Assembly (NCBI GenBank): GCA_004022145.1
Contig: RCNU01000002.1
Origin: Paecilomyces variotii
Taxonomy: Eukaryota
Reading direction: 5' to 3' (one strand)
Length of the DNA stretch: 64,000 nt
Shown: piece by piece, positions 1 to 12,163 of the stretch
How positions within the stretch are numbered: the first letter of the stretch is position 1
How the letters are laid out: the number at the start of each line of letters is the position of its first letter
Program-made: the position numbers and the translations under genes
Notes under the pieces: generated by a model
Databases searched by the model: none
The model's input: the letters and a program-made list of their open reading frames with translations, nothing else
Told to the model about the DNA's origin: nothing

Positions 1-211
1 GCTCAACCCTGCTGCGACGTCTGATTGTGAATTTTGCTCAATGGCGACCACGGATCAGTTCCTCAGTACCATCAGCATTTACTTTTCCGAGCGGTGGCGT
101 AATATCGGCATTCTATTCGGATACGCTGGTTTCAACATCATTGCAGCGGTGTTCCTGTACTGGTTGATCCGCGTTCCTAAGAAGAGGAGTCGAAAGATGA
201 AGCAGGCGTGA
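1..211 (+). CDS. C-terminal end of a PDR/CDR-type ABC multidrug transporter (5' part outside window)
   Basis: Frame 2 reads LNPAATSDCEFCSMATTDQFLSTISIYFSERWRNIGILFGYAGFNIIAAVFLYWLIRVPKKRSRKMKQA*, the typical fungal PDR tail (CxFC...WRNxGI...FN...YWLxRVPK). TGA at 209-211. Confidence 0.9.
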   Translation, partial: LNPAATSDCEFCSMATTDQFLSTISIYFSERWRNIGILFGYAGFNIIAAVFLYWLIRVPKKRSRKMKQA

Positions 212-1686
212 GTGTGGAGACCAGAGGGACGGCTATGATATTTCCAGTGCTAGTAAACATGTCTGCTTTTCTGTATGGATGTCATCTCAGGCTGTTTGAA
301 CGGAAGGTGAATCCAATATATTCTTTCGAGGCGAATTTGCCCATCATACCCAATGAGGATAGATGGATCGGATGTATGAGCACCAAAACCAGAACTAGGA
401 GAATAAAAAGAAACTAGAAAATAGTTCACAGCAATCTGTCCCCAAATAAGAAGTTGATCGGTGCATTGCGCACCTGTTGAACTGCGGAGAAGAGCCAAGA
501 GAGCCAAGAAGGGATGAACCGATCGTTGAGCTTACCGCTCCGCATTGTCCATCGCTGATAGCAGCTGCAAGATCAACGCCATTGATTGAGAAGAATGGAT
601 TATTCCATTGTCTAGACATAATAGCTATGTTTCCGGTTATGGCTACTATGTAGTATAGTTAAGTAGCTAACTAGCTTACCGTATCCGGCGAACATGAAAC
701 TGAGATAGCATCGAAACCGTTATAGTTAAGTCAACTAGCTATAGCGATGCCTTATGCGCTGTTAGTCAAACGGCAGCTAAGTTGCAAGCAGCGACGATCA
801 CCCCGACTTCAAGTTAAAGTATGTATGTACATAGTTAGCATTGTTAACTGCTTACGTGGTGGTGGTTGTCGTCCATCCATTCCCTGATGATGGACAAATT
901 CGCGTTCGCTTCCGGCGACGCGACAACACCGCGGATCGCAATTGGGATCCGCCATGGCGTAATGCCCTAGGGAAGGGATCACATTCATTGCAATGTGCAT
1001 TGCAACTGTACCTTTTCCCTCCTTTTTCCGTTATCAGCGGTTCCTGACGCGTATCTCGATCGAATCTTGATCCTCTTCAGACACTCTTTATCTCGGCCAA
1101 ATAATAAGTCCCTTTGATTATTATTATTGAAACCTTTTTCCCCCTCGGCTCTGTTCCCTCTCCTCCACTCCTTCTCGGCGTCTCAGATGTCTGGTTCACT
1201 ATTACTTCACTAACGAATTAATACCCCGTACACTTGGGCTTTGGAGGCGGATTTTACTATTTTAGGTTACAGTAATCCACCCTCCCTTTTTCCCGAGGCT
1301 CTAAAAAAGCAGTTCGTGTTTCCCCCAGCTTTCCTCCCTTGGTTAAGAAGCCTATGCTAAACCTTCTCTCATAGGATCCTTTTTTTCGAAGCGCCCCAAC
1401 CAAACAGGACTTGGCAGACAAGCATTTATTTATTATAGGGTAGAATTCCAAGCCGAGATCGAAATCAATGCTAGGCATTTGAACTAATTAAGGGGGCATT
1501 TGCGATGAATCGATAACAGATTCCCAAGTGGTCAAGTTCCGAAGTTCTAGCCACATAAGGTGGTGAACGAACAGACGACGAATTCTAGTCGAAAAAAGTA
1601 AATTTTGACGTCCCATGTCGGTTGTTGAACACCAGCGATAGCGTGCTTGAGTTGGCCTAGCTACCCATCGCGTTTGCTGTGTGCCC

Positions 1687-3608
1687 ATGATGAAGCTGCT
1701 ACAGCTGGGCGCGAGTCTGCTCTCGTGGTCGTTATGTGCCACGGCTACGATTCTGGAGAATGGTCATGAAAGACTGAACCCGTGGCCTGGGCAGACTCAG
1801 AGCATTGCTCTCGATGAATCTTGGAAAAGTTACGGGCCAGACGTATCCCAGATTTCGTACAAGGGGCGTTGGGATAGTCAGCATATATCTTGTATGATTT
1901 TTATCTTTTTTTTTTTCCGTGTCTGATTACTCGTTCATATGTTCGATGCTAATTGATATCTAGGGTGGTCGTTCGTCTCTCTCTTGAGGTGTTGAAATAG
2001 CGAAAAGTACTAATTGACTTCGATTCAGAGCCCCCGGAATCAAAGTTGGATTTTCAGGCAAGAAAGTAAGTAATTATGTTTCTTTGATTGAGTTGCCAGT
2101 CTTGATAGCAGAAAAACTAACGTCAACTCAGCTTGCTGTAACGTTTGGCCCAAGCACATCCGAAGGAGCCTTGGTAGCTTACCGGTATGTATTCCCATGG
2201 TCCGCATCACCATCCATTCAGTATCTAAGAGAATCTTGGTCAGGATCGGGTCCTTTGACTGGTTATTCTCCAATGTGACCGCGGGCTCGACGCACTATTT
2301 CGTCGGTCCCGGGACGGCACTTGACGGTGACGATATACCTGATAACAATATTTTCGAGATGCGAGGTAAGCATACCACTCACTCATCGAGGTATATGTTT
2401 CATAAAACTAACTTTTTTTCTTAGTTACGAATTGGGGCTTGGGATAAGTATAACTATCCTGCTCAATCGGTTCCTTGCTGATAGTTCCCCGCACAGTTCA
2501 GATAGCTGGGGTATCTATTGCTAGCGATGCTCGTCTTTTGAAACCTGTCACGTATCAAAAGAAAGTGGAACTAATAGGAGGATCGTGAGTGATGGAGTAT
2601 CCTATCCATATTTGACTTCCGCATGCTGACTACTGGACTCGAAGCGTCGTATCTGGACAATTCGCTACGTATGAGACCTTGTCCTCGTGGGCGTTTCTCT
2701 ATGCAGCTGGTTTAGGCAATGTTGAATATACAATTACTGTCAGTTCTGCCCTTAGTCTGCTCTATTGCTCTGTTTCTCTGCTCCTCTTTTATATATATAT
2801 ACACATACTAACTATATCGAAAGGCCTACCCAGGAGTCTGTCTCGCTGACCTCCAATGCTACGGCGGCGGCACCCATGGCATGGTACACACATCCTCACT
2901 TCACAGACCTGAAATCACAAATGAACACTAACCCTCCTCATCAAACCAGACATGGTTCTGGCACCACGCTTCAGACCCCGGCGTCCGCGCAGCTTCCATG
3001 TATGGCGGCGAGCCCGAAGAATACGACGTGAAGGCCGAGCAGCCCGCTGACCTCGTCATTATCCAAATGGGCGGAAACGACCATCGACCCCCGAACGAAA
3101 TCCCAGGCGATAAATTCGCAGAAGCTTATATTGATATGATTGAGGATATCCACAAAGTCTGGCCCCAGGCAGTGGTCGTGCTTATGGTATGTTCACGGCC
3201 CCTTTCTCCTAGTCGTTTTAACATGATCACCTTCATCTTCTCCTCCGTATATTCCTATCACATCATATCATATCATACAGCAACAACAACACCTAACCCA
3301 CCTCCCAGTCCCAATGGGGCGGATTCATCCGCTCCGGAACCGGCTGGCGCGGCACCACAATCTACGAGCCCGAAACGATGCGCGTCCTCGACCACTTCAA
3401 AGACCAAGGCTTCGTGCACTATTTCAACACAGACGGCATCCTCGCGCATAACGATATTAATCCCAAGAATCACCCCACGGACGTCGGCCATATCAAGCTG
3501 GCAAGTCACCTCTTGCAATGGACGAGAGTGGTTCTGGGTTGGGAATTGGAACCGACGGGGGAAATGACGCATTCGACGCTTTATTGGAATGATCAGCAGG
3601 AGTATTGA
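1687..3608 (+). CDS. Secreted SGNH/GDSL hydrolase, carbohydrate esterase family 2-like; about 10 introns
   Basis: Signal peptide MMKLLQLGASLLSWSLCATA. The spliced model gives YKGRW, block I VELIGGS-VVSGQFATYE, AYPGVC, block III IIQMGGND and C-terminal NHPTDVGH. Confidence 0.85.
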
Positions 3609-4239
3609 ATCATATCTTGGGAAGAGGGAGAAGGAGAAGAAGTAAAAAAGAATAATGGGGGACAGGTTAGGAACTTGAGTAGCTGAGCCCTGTGTGGGGG
3701 GGGGGAGGGGTTGATTCTGGTTTTGACTTTTTTGGACAGGTCATATAATCGATAGATGATTATAGATCTTTGTGTTATTACTTTTTTATTTATTGTCGTC
3801 GTTAAATAAAGAGAGTGGATACTGAGGAAGCAGTTATGGACGTGAGCATATTCTTAAAGGCTTTATATCCTGCTGTTACAAAGATAATTAAAAGCACATT
3901 GTTACAAATTTCAGTAGAAAATCAATAAATGATTGAAGAGTGTTTAAAGTACCACCCACCTACTACAGGTATGGGTATTGGCAGGAGTAGAGTAGAGTAG
4001 ATTATTTACAAGAGGATCTTCTCACCGAAACTGGAACCTGCTCAATCTAACCTAATGAATAATAACCCCATGGCAATCTGGTAACGAGAATCAATGGCAA
4101 AATCAAAATGTAGAATGACATGGTATCGATAAATAATGACACGCAAAGCTAGTGTAACTGATCATCGACTTCATGAAAGTACTAATCGAGAGATGCTCTT
4201 GGGGGAAAATGCAGAAGGAAAAGAAAACAGAACCATCCT

Positions 4240-5487
4240 TCAGTCTTGCACGCTAGCGCCAGTCAGAACCTCATCCTTCGGGTCCTGCTTCTGCGGAGTC
4301 TCTTCGGTTTCCTTGTCCGTTTCGGACTTCTCCTTCTCCGCCTTTGAAGGAGCTAGAGCGTCTGCTTCTTCCTCTGCGATAGTGGAAGGCGTCGTAACCG
4401 TCTCTTCCTTCTCTCTCTGCTCCGCGAGATCGCCCCTCAGCGCATCAATCACCCCCTTCGGGCCCTCAGAAATCGATTTCCGAATCTCGTTGCGGACGCT
4501 GTTCATTTCCTCCGGAGATGTCGCAGACACTATAGACCCGCGGTGATGTTCCACAAGACCAAGGGCCTCTGCGTTCTCAGCCCTGAAATTCGCACTGGAC
4601 ACTGCAGCCACTTCTGGGACCAGGGATGGGCGACGCGGGTTTCCAGCAATCTCAGCAGCAGGAACAACAGACTTCCTGCGACCAGGGTTGGCCTGTTCGC
4701 CTTCTGGCTTTTTGCTCTCCCTCTCCTCCGCCGTCTCGTCGAGTCTGGTTGGCTTCTCCGCCGTTCTAGCAGCTTCAGGTTTAGAGCTGGGCGGTTCTGT
4801 GGATGACGCCGCCTTCTCCAAAGCACTCTCCGCGGGTTTCGCGACCTTCTTAGCCGTCTTAGTGTCTTTGGCCTTGGAAGCAGCCTCTTCGCCCGCCAGA
4901 CGCAACGCCAGGGTGATACGCTCGTCGACCGTGGGCTCCTCAGCGGGAGGACTCTTGATCTGGATATGAGGTGTGTTGCTCGACTTGGGCGTGCCCGTCG
5001 TAGCTGTAGTTGCAGCGATCGTCGCACTGGACTGGGTGGCAGGTTTCGAATAGGCCGGGTTGTCTTCTGAGATGAAGTTGTCGGGATCCTCAAAATTGTT
5101 GATCTGCATCTTCAGTTCCCCGTATTCGTTCCATTCCTCGATCTGCTCGAGATCCTATAGTAATGACACAAATCATTATTCAGTATGTCCGTGGCTTTTT
5201 GTTTTCATCATCCACGGGCCGTGATACTGGCCTGGAGAAAGGTCCGCCATGAAAATGTGAGTACCTACTCCAACAATTTCCCCGTACTTCACCAAGCCTG
5301 GTAATTTCTTCCCCTTGGAACGACGGCCCCAGAGCTGACGGGCCTTGTCATCTGTGGCGACATCAATTGCACGGAACGGGAGTTTGTTGGCCTTGAGAAT
5401 AGTCTCGAGACGCGACGTTGCGGTGATGATGTGCGACGACCCCGCCGTCAGGGACGTGTAGAGATACAGTGTCGGGTCAGAAGGCAT
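4240..5487 (-). CDS. SH3BGR/glutaredoxin-like (thioredoxin-fold) protein with a long acidic low-complexity C-terminus; intron 5268-5155
   Basis: MPSDPTLYLYTSLTAGSSHIITATSRLETILKANKLPFRAIDVATDDKARQLW...LPGLV...GDLEQIEEWNEYGEL resembles the SH3BGR family. A GT-AG intron restores the frame. Confidence 0.75.
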
Positions 5488-6768
5488 CGTTGGGACAAGC
5501 TTGCTAGCTCAAAAAGTCTCAACGGTGATATCACGTCAAAAAAAAGAGACAGGAAGATTCGCAGAGGACCAGAGATCTTTAAGGCGGGGTTAAATGGCGA
5601 ACAGTCCGTGTTTGCTTGCTGGCTGACAGAAAAGTTGACGTGGTTGGTGTTTCAACGCCAGCAACAGATCACGTGGAGTACAATGGATGATCGCAATAAT
5701 GGACTAGACTAGAGTAGTTCTCGTTAGATCGAAGGGGGGTTGATCTAATTATTCTATCGGGAGAATCATAAGAGAGTGAAAGGACGGGATTGCAGCGATA
5801 CGCGTTTACTTTGCTGGGGGGCAAGAAAAAAAGGAGAGAAAGCGGATGAAGAAAGCGGACCGGATCCCAGCCAGAGACCGTAGATAATTTAAATATCCAA
5901 AGGAACGTAGAGAGGACTAGATTAATACTTTGTACTTTGCAGCGATTTAATAATAATGAAGCGTGGCACTGAGTGACTGAGGGGCATCCCCCGTTCTGAC
6001 GTCAAGCGCCTCCTTCCACCAGCTTCCTCCACTTGCTTCATCCCGCTGTGTCTGTAGTTAATAACTCATAATTATAATCAATCCTCTACCATAAACCCCC
6101 TGTGGCTAACTTGACTATTTTTACCGTTTGCGTTGATCTAGGTCCCATATGCCAATAATCCTCGAGCAACAACCAGGGCTGTAGCAGCCGTACCATATCA
6201 TTCCCCACGTGTTATGCTGATGTTTTGGTTCGATTCGGCAAGCTTCTTCGCAGCCCACGGCTGGCAAACGGGCACATCGACTGATCGAGTAATAACCATC
6301 TCGTATCCGTGGGAGACCAAAAATGCAATAGAAGCTAGCTTCGACTCGTGTGCGTCAGTCTGGATTCCTCCCTCAAGGCGATGTGTACTTGGCTACGACG
6401 TCACTTTCTGCGCGGTCATTCTGACTAGCGGGCGAGCAGATACTGGTTGGAGTGGAGCTTATATTTTCTCTCTCTCTGATATCAAGAAGCATGCTTTTCT
6501 TTTATATTGCGCCCGGAGCGATCTACGTGGAATTTGCTAATCTGACCGGCGATCACGCAGTATGGCTAATCAGGCTTCGGGCTAGATATACTTCGCTGAT
6601 GATTGTATTTTTGCCCCGCCTCTGTCCCTACAGTGCTAATGTAATACCGTCAGAACGTATGTAGACCAGCTGCCAGTTTTGAGTGATGCAGAAAGGGGTC
6701 TACAACGAAGAGAGACATGTCTTGGTCATGTCCGTAGAGACGTTGTGATATGACGATGGAGCGGCGAG

Positions 6769-7831
6769 TCACGATCGGCGCTTTTCAACGGCCTCTCTCA
6801 GCTTCGCGATGACATCGGCGGGATCCTTGGCACCAAAGACGGCGGAGCCTGCGACAATAACATTAGCACCGGCGTCGGCAGCCTGGTCGATCGTTCCGAG
6901 ACCGAGTCCGCCGTCAACCTCAATGTTCAGATCGGGATATCGCTCTCTCAGTGCCTTGACCTTAGGCAGCTCGGACGCCATGAACTTCTGTCCACCGAAA
7001 CCAGGGTGGACGGTCATGACAAGGACCATCTAGAATAAGGAGATAGGCTTAGTGTATATTCAATATCAATCAACAAGGGTAGTAGACTGAGCAGCCACTT
7101 ACATCCGGTCGCTCCTTCTCGTCCTTGTTCTCCAGAATCTCCCAGAGCACATCCACGGGAGTATCGGGCTTGATAGCAATGCCCGCCTGCATCCCCTCCT
7201 CATGAATATACCGGATCAGTTCCTTCGGGCTCGTCTTGCGCGTCGTTTCCTTGTCCGCTGGCTCCTTAGCAGCAACCGATGACACGGCAGCTTCGTAGTG
7301 GAAGCAGTAGAGATCGCATCCGGCAGCCTTGAAGTCCTTGACCCATCGTTGTGGCTGTCGTGGCGCGCAAAGCTTGCGTGTCAGTCTCTGTTTGACCAAT
7401 TTCGCTTCTTTGTTTCCTCTCCAGGGGTAGTATAGGTTCTCAACATCCGGTGCATCCTCAATCCACTGGAAATGCACCCCTCAACGTGGTCCTCGGACAA
7501 GACCGTACGTCAAGTCCGATGTAGCCACGGAGCATGCATCGGGCGCTGTACAATCGTCATGGTGCAGGATTGACAAGGCGCTGCTTACCTCCATGATCAT
7601 CATATGGCAGTCGAAGGTGCCTTTGCCGAGGGGCTGCGACGGACGCTCGACGTGACTGCGGATCTTGGTGACCACTGGGGCGCCAAAGGTCATATTCGGA
7701 ACGAAATGGCCATCCATGATATCCACATGGAGCCAGTCAGAGCCTTCCTGGATCTTGTTGGTACATTCTGCGCCCAGATTCGCGAAATCCGCGCTCAGGA
7801 TGGACGGTGCTATGATGGCCGGGGGAGACAT
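6769..7831 (-). CDS. RPE1: D-ribulose-5-phosphate 3-epimerase (3 exons)
   Basis: [50 protein letters not shown] and VAGSAVF motifs. Confidence 0.97.
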
Positions 7832-8541
7832 CCTGTCACTGCGGGGGTTGAAGCGGAGAGAGGACGAATTCGAGCGAAGCTGGCAAGCGTCTAAGGTTAA
7901 AGGGAAACACTGTGAGTGGTATTAGAGGCTCAATAGATATGCACGGAAGAAGAAGAAAAGCAGAGAGCGCAAAACAGATGGGATACGGACCAACTCGCGA
8001 TGACCCGATAGATATCTCAGGAACTTTCGGACGACGTCAGGCCGAGACCCATAGCGGGGAAGAATCAATGCGGTAGGGCTTCCGATAAGGGCTAGGGTTG
8101 GGTCACGGGAAGCCTATTTAGGAGTTCCGATACAAGAACTATTTTATTATTATCGAACAATATAGAATGAGCTGGCTAGGCCTTCAAGGTTAGAATTAAT
8201 GCACTTGTATGTGGTAGGATAGACACAACTAGATATATCGCACATGTTTTATTCAGAGAATCCATTCAATTCCTCTATATTCCTTGTTTTGTCGGTGCCG
8301 TCTTCAAATTCATATCAAACGAAAAGAATCAATATCCGCATGCTGCACTCGAGAGGGAAAAAGAGACACGCAAGTCCCGGAGATAAACCCCATTCGGTGT
8401 AACCCAGTTGTAGACGTGCCTTCGCGTCAAACAGCGGCAGAACTCGAAACTCCCCAAATTGCAACCAACCCGATGCCATCTGGTTCAAACATGAAAAATA
8501 CAGAAAAGAAGGGAGAATTATCCATAAAGAGCACACAATCA

Positions 8542-10766
8542 TCAAGCTTTTGATGGACCCAGCTCATCATCTGCCGGTTCAACCCGGATGAGGATTTCTT
8601 CTAGGAACCCTTCGAGGAAAGGGCCGACTTCTCCACCCATCCCGACTGGGGCCTCGTTGTCCCAGCGTTCTATCTCGCTGAAGAGACCGGCAGCCTTGAC
8701 TACAAGCCTCTTCAGTTTCTCGTGCGCATACTGGCGCCTCTGTTGTAGGTCGATCGCTGCTGGCGGCAACTGCTTGCTGCTTGTGCTCGAGCTCCGATTG
8801 AGCATGTCAACATGATATGCACGACGGTGGAGAGCTGCTTCCAGAGCGGGTAGGATGACACCGTTTAACGCGGTAATTTGATGCGATGGTGTTGAAGCTG
8901 GCGGCGGAACAATGTTCGAGTCTGTACTTTTACGGGGCCGTAGTTGCCTCTCATTTTCCTGACACTGTGTAGGGCGATGGCTAGTCTGTGGCCTCTGTGG
9001 AGATTGTGTGATAGGGGACGGACGCGGCGAGAATGAAGGCGCACCATGCCGTTCGCCCCCGGCGACCTGCCGCTGCGGAGGACTGGGCGATGCTGGAGTC
9101 TGTATAGTCGAAGTGCTACGAGAGGAGGGGATGTCTTCTGGCTGTATAGGTGCCGGTTTCCGTAATATAGGTTCTTGCGCCTTCGGGGTCCGTTGGGTCT
9201 GCGAAGCAGGTGGAGTGTTTGCTGGCGACCCCAGCTGCAGGAATCCCAGATCCTGGGCAAGAGACCGCTGTAGAGCTCTATCATACTCACTTGAAGCAGG
9301 GCTCTCTTTCTGAGGGATAGGCTGCGGCGTGGCTAGATGTGAAGGAGTCCCGGGCGGCGCGGACGGTCTCGGGGCCTGTTTCTGGGGAGATGCGGGAAGC
9401 GGTACTTTCGATGGGGATACTGGCATTTGTTGTACTGTCCCAGAGGGAAACATTTGCTTCTGCGGCGACTTCTGTGGTGAACTTTGACCCTTCGTTTTGT
9501 CTTTCACAGGCGTATCCTCTCCCAAATCCCAGTCTGGCATCGCCTTTCCTGATTGATCCGAGGGACGAGTGGCGGCCTCGGATGCTTGGCTGCGTGCATT
9601 TGCTGCAGAGTCGTTCATCGCCTTCAGCCCGCCCGAGCGACCTGCTGGTCTGACGGTACCGAAATCCCAGAGATCTTCCTCCTCTGGTGTCGGTTTCGGA
9701 GCCGGCTGCGGAACACCGTCGTCCTCATCCTCCTCGGCCGATCTGTGACCATGTATGGCCTGCCACCGTTCGTATCGCTCAATAAGTTCGGTCAGGTAGG
9801 TCGTTTTCTTTGCACGTTTTATGAACGGGTGTTTGAGTAACTCCTTTGCTGATGGCCGTTCCCGCGGATCTCTTCTCAGGCACAGCTCAACAAAGTCTTT
9901 GAAAGATCTACTGAAGTTTCCCTGCAGCGTTGGAGGCGGGTTCTTGGGGATCAGAAAAAGCACCTTCATCGGATGTATGTCCGAATAAGGAGGTTCACCC
10001 TGGGCAAGTTCAATGGCGGTAATACCAAGAGACCAGATGTCTGCCTTATGATCGTAACCCGACTGCTTGATGACCTCTGGTGCCATCCAGAACGGTGTCC
10101 CAACAAATGTGTTCTTCTTGGTCATCGTAGCTGATAACTGGCCAGAGACACCAAAATCCGCGAGCTTGACCTGGCCATTGGCACTTAGCAGCACATTTGC
10201 AGCTAGGGAGCGTTGTCAGCAATGTGGAAACAGACAAATCATGCACAGGGACAAACCTTTGATATCCCGATGCAGCTTCTTGTCACTATGCAGATAGTCC
10301 AGACCCATCAACAATTCCCTCAGTATGATCATAATGTACTCCTCGGGGATGAGGCCTGGGCGCATAAGATCCGAACAGCTTCCACCTGAACAGAACTCCA
10401 TTATGATCCACAGATCTGATCCCTTCAAGAACGAGCCATGGTATTTCGTCACGAAAGGCGAATTGAGTTCCGACAAGATCGAAATCTCTTGGATGATATC
10501 CTCCACTTCGTCCTCGGCATTCTCGACGTCAATGATCTTGATTGCCACGGACTGGCCCGTACGCTTGTCGACTCTATACCCGAGCACACGCTAAGATTAG
10601 CTTCAATCTCAGTGACATGAGTATCAATGTCATACCCTTTATAGACCTTACCGAAGCTCCCGCCACCTGCATATCAGTTAGTTACCATAGTTAGACCGTT
10701 GGAAGGGCACATACCAATACAGTTCTGCTTGGTGTAGAGCGTCTCTGGATCCACTACACCCTGCAT
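8542..10766 (-). CDS. STE20-family GCK-III (MST3/STK24-like) Ser/Thr kinase, 4 coding exons
   Basis: [38 protein letters not shown] and [11 protein letters not shown] motifs, followed by a Pro/Ser-rich linker and a helical C-terminus. Confidence 0.92.
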
Positions 10767-12163
10767 TTTGATGGCACTGGAGGGTACGTCAGTACCAGAT
10801 GGCGATTAGAAGAAGCACGACAAGTCCGTGGGGACTTGTCCCAGATAAATTAGATTACCTATAAACATTAGGAGTCAGCCAAAATACCAGCTGTCCGCAG
10901 GAAAGCTGCAGAGCTGCTACTAGCAACCAAGTCCTTGCAGACAGCTTAAGGATCGGGGGGAATGCAGGAGCGAGGTCCAAATGGGACCGGAGCCAACCCG
11001 ACGGTGAGACTGGTCACTTTCCCTTGGTGGAGCAGAACCGCTCTCTAGGGATAAACACAGCCGCAGCCGTAAGGGTCCAGCTCACAGTGAATCTATCAAG
11101 GTTAGATAAATAATAAACATACCTTCGCGTGAAAGTTCACAGGGCAGAGGCTTATGGTGACAGATCGACTAATGGCCAGATGAGTTAATACAGTTATCGC
11201 GACAATAATGCTGGCATTGTCTTGTTGTTGAGTCCCTATCGACCTCTAGGAACAGATAGAGAGCGCCAGCCGTTAGAGCGGGACAGCACATACCATCAAC
11301 AGAACTGCCGTGTTCCATGGATCACCATCTCTTAGAGCGGGATTAGTTCAGCTTGCTGTTCTCCCGTCTTATCTCTCACAACCTGGGCCCGTTATACATG
11401 CAGCCATGTAAAACCACCAGACAATTCCACTTGGCGTGTTGATGGACTCTGAAGAGCTGTCAATGAGTTGGCGTGATTGGGGGAAGGCGGGGTTGGTCGG
11501 GGAAGCTGCTGGGCGGTGAAGCTGGATTGGAGCTGTCGCCTAGTTAGGTAGTTTGTGTATCTCCGCGCTGCGGGACAAGACTCGGTGTCTACCTAGGTAC
11601 ATTTATTAACAAGAGGAGGGGTTGGTAACTAATTGCAGTCATCTACAAGTCGATTGCAGGTGAAGAAGATAGCTACCAAGACTGCTCATGCAAGTTTCGT
11701 TACCATCATCTATCAGGCCTTGGCGTTGAGCTGCTACTAGACGGACCCATGGGCGAGTGGAGAACCAGATTAAATGAAATATCAGCTGTAGCAAAAGCTT
11801 CAAATGTAGATTCAGATTATGGTACTCCTTGGTGGTAGTGGTCTCAGTTAAGGATACGATTTCTGAGCTGGAGAAGAAGAAACCGGTCATCGCTGCGGCC
11901 ACAGGGCGCGCGGACGGCGAACACCCGGGATATCATAGCGCGGCATCGGCTGGAAATCGTCCAAATAAATGCGAGCAGCAAGAGAAAAAAGAAACCTCCC
12001 TCTATCACGATCCCACAGGCCCAGGCCCTTCGCTTTAAAAGGACCGCTCCAAGTCCGCGGCACCAGCGCGGGCGGTCGTTGCGGGTTTCGTGTCATCATA
12101 ACGCCTCATTAAATGCAAAAGTGCGATCCATTACCCATTATGATGGACAGTAGCATCTATGGA

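Noticed and set aside
620-790. TpA-rich stretch with duplicated TATAGTTAAGT...AACTAGCT
   Set aside because: Could be a RIP-like relic, but there are no terminal repeats, target duplication or coding remnant.
1257-1478. 73-aa minus-strand ORF as a gene or transposon fragment
   Set aside because: No recognisable motif, and it lies in the promoter of the esterase.
11093-11122. 30-nt GTATGT...CTAAC...TAG element as a mini-intron or stwintron
   Set aside because: Too short for usual fungal splicing, and its removal does not regenerate a donor.
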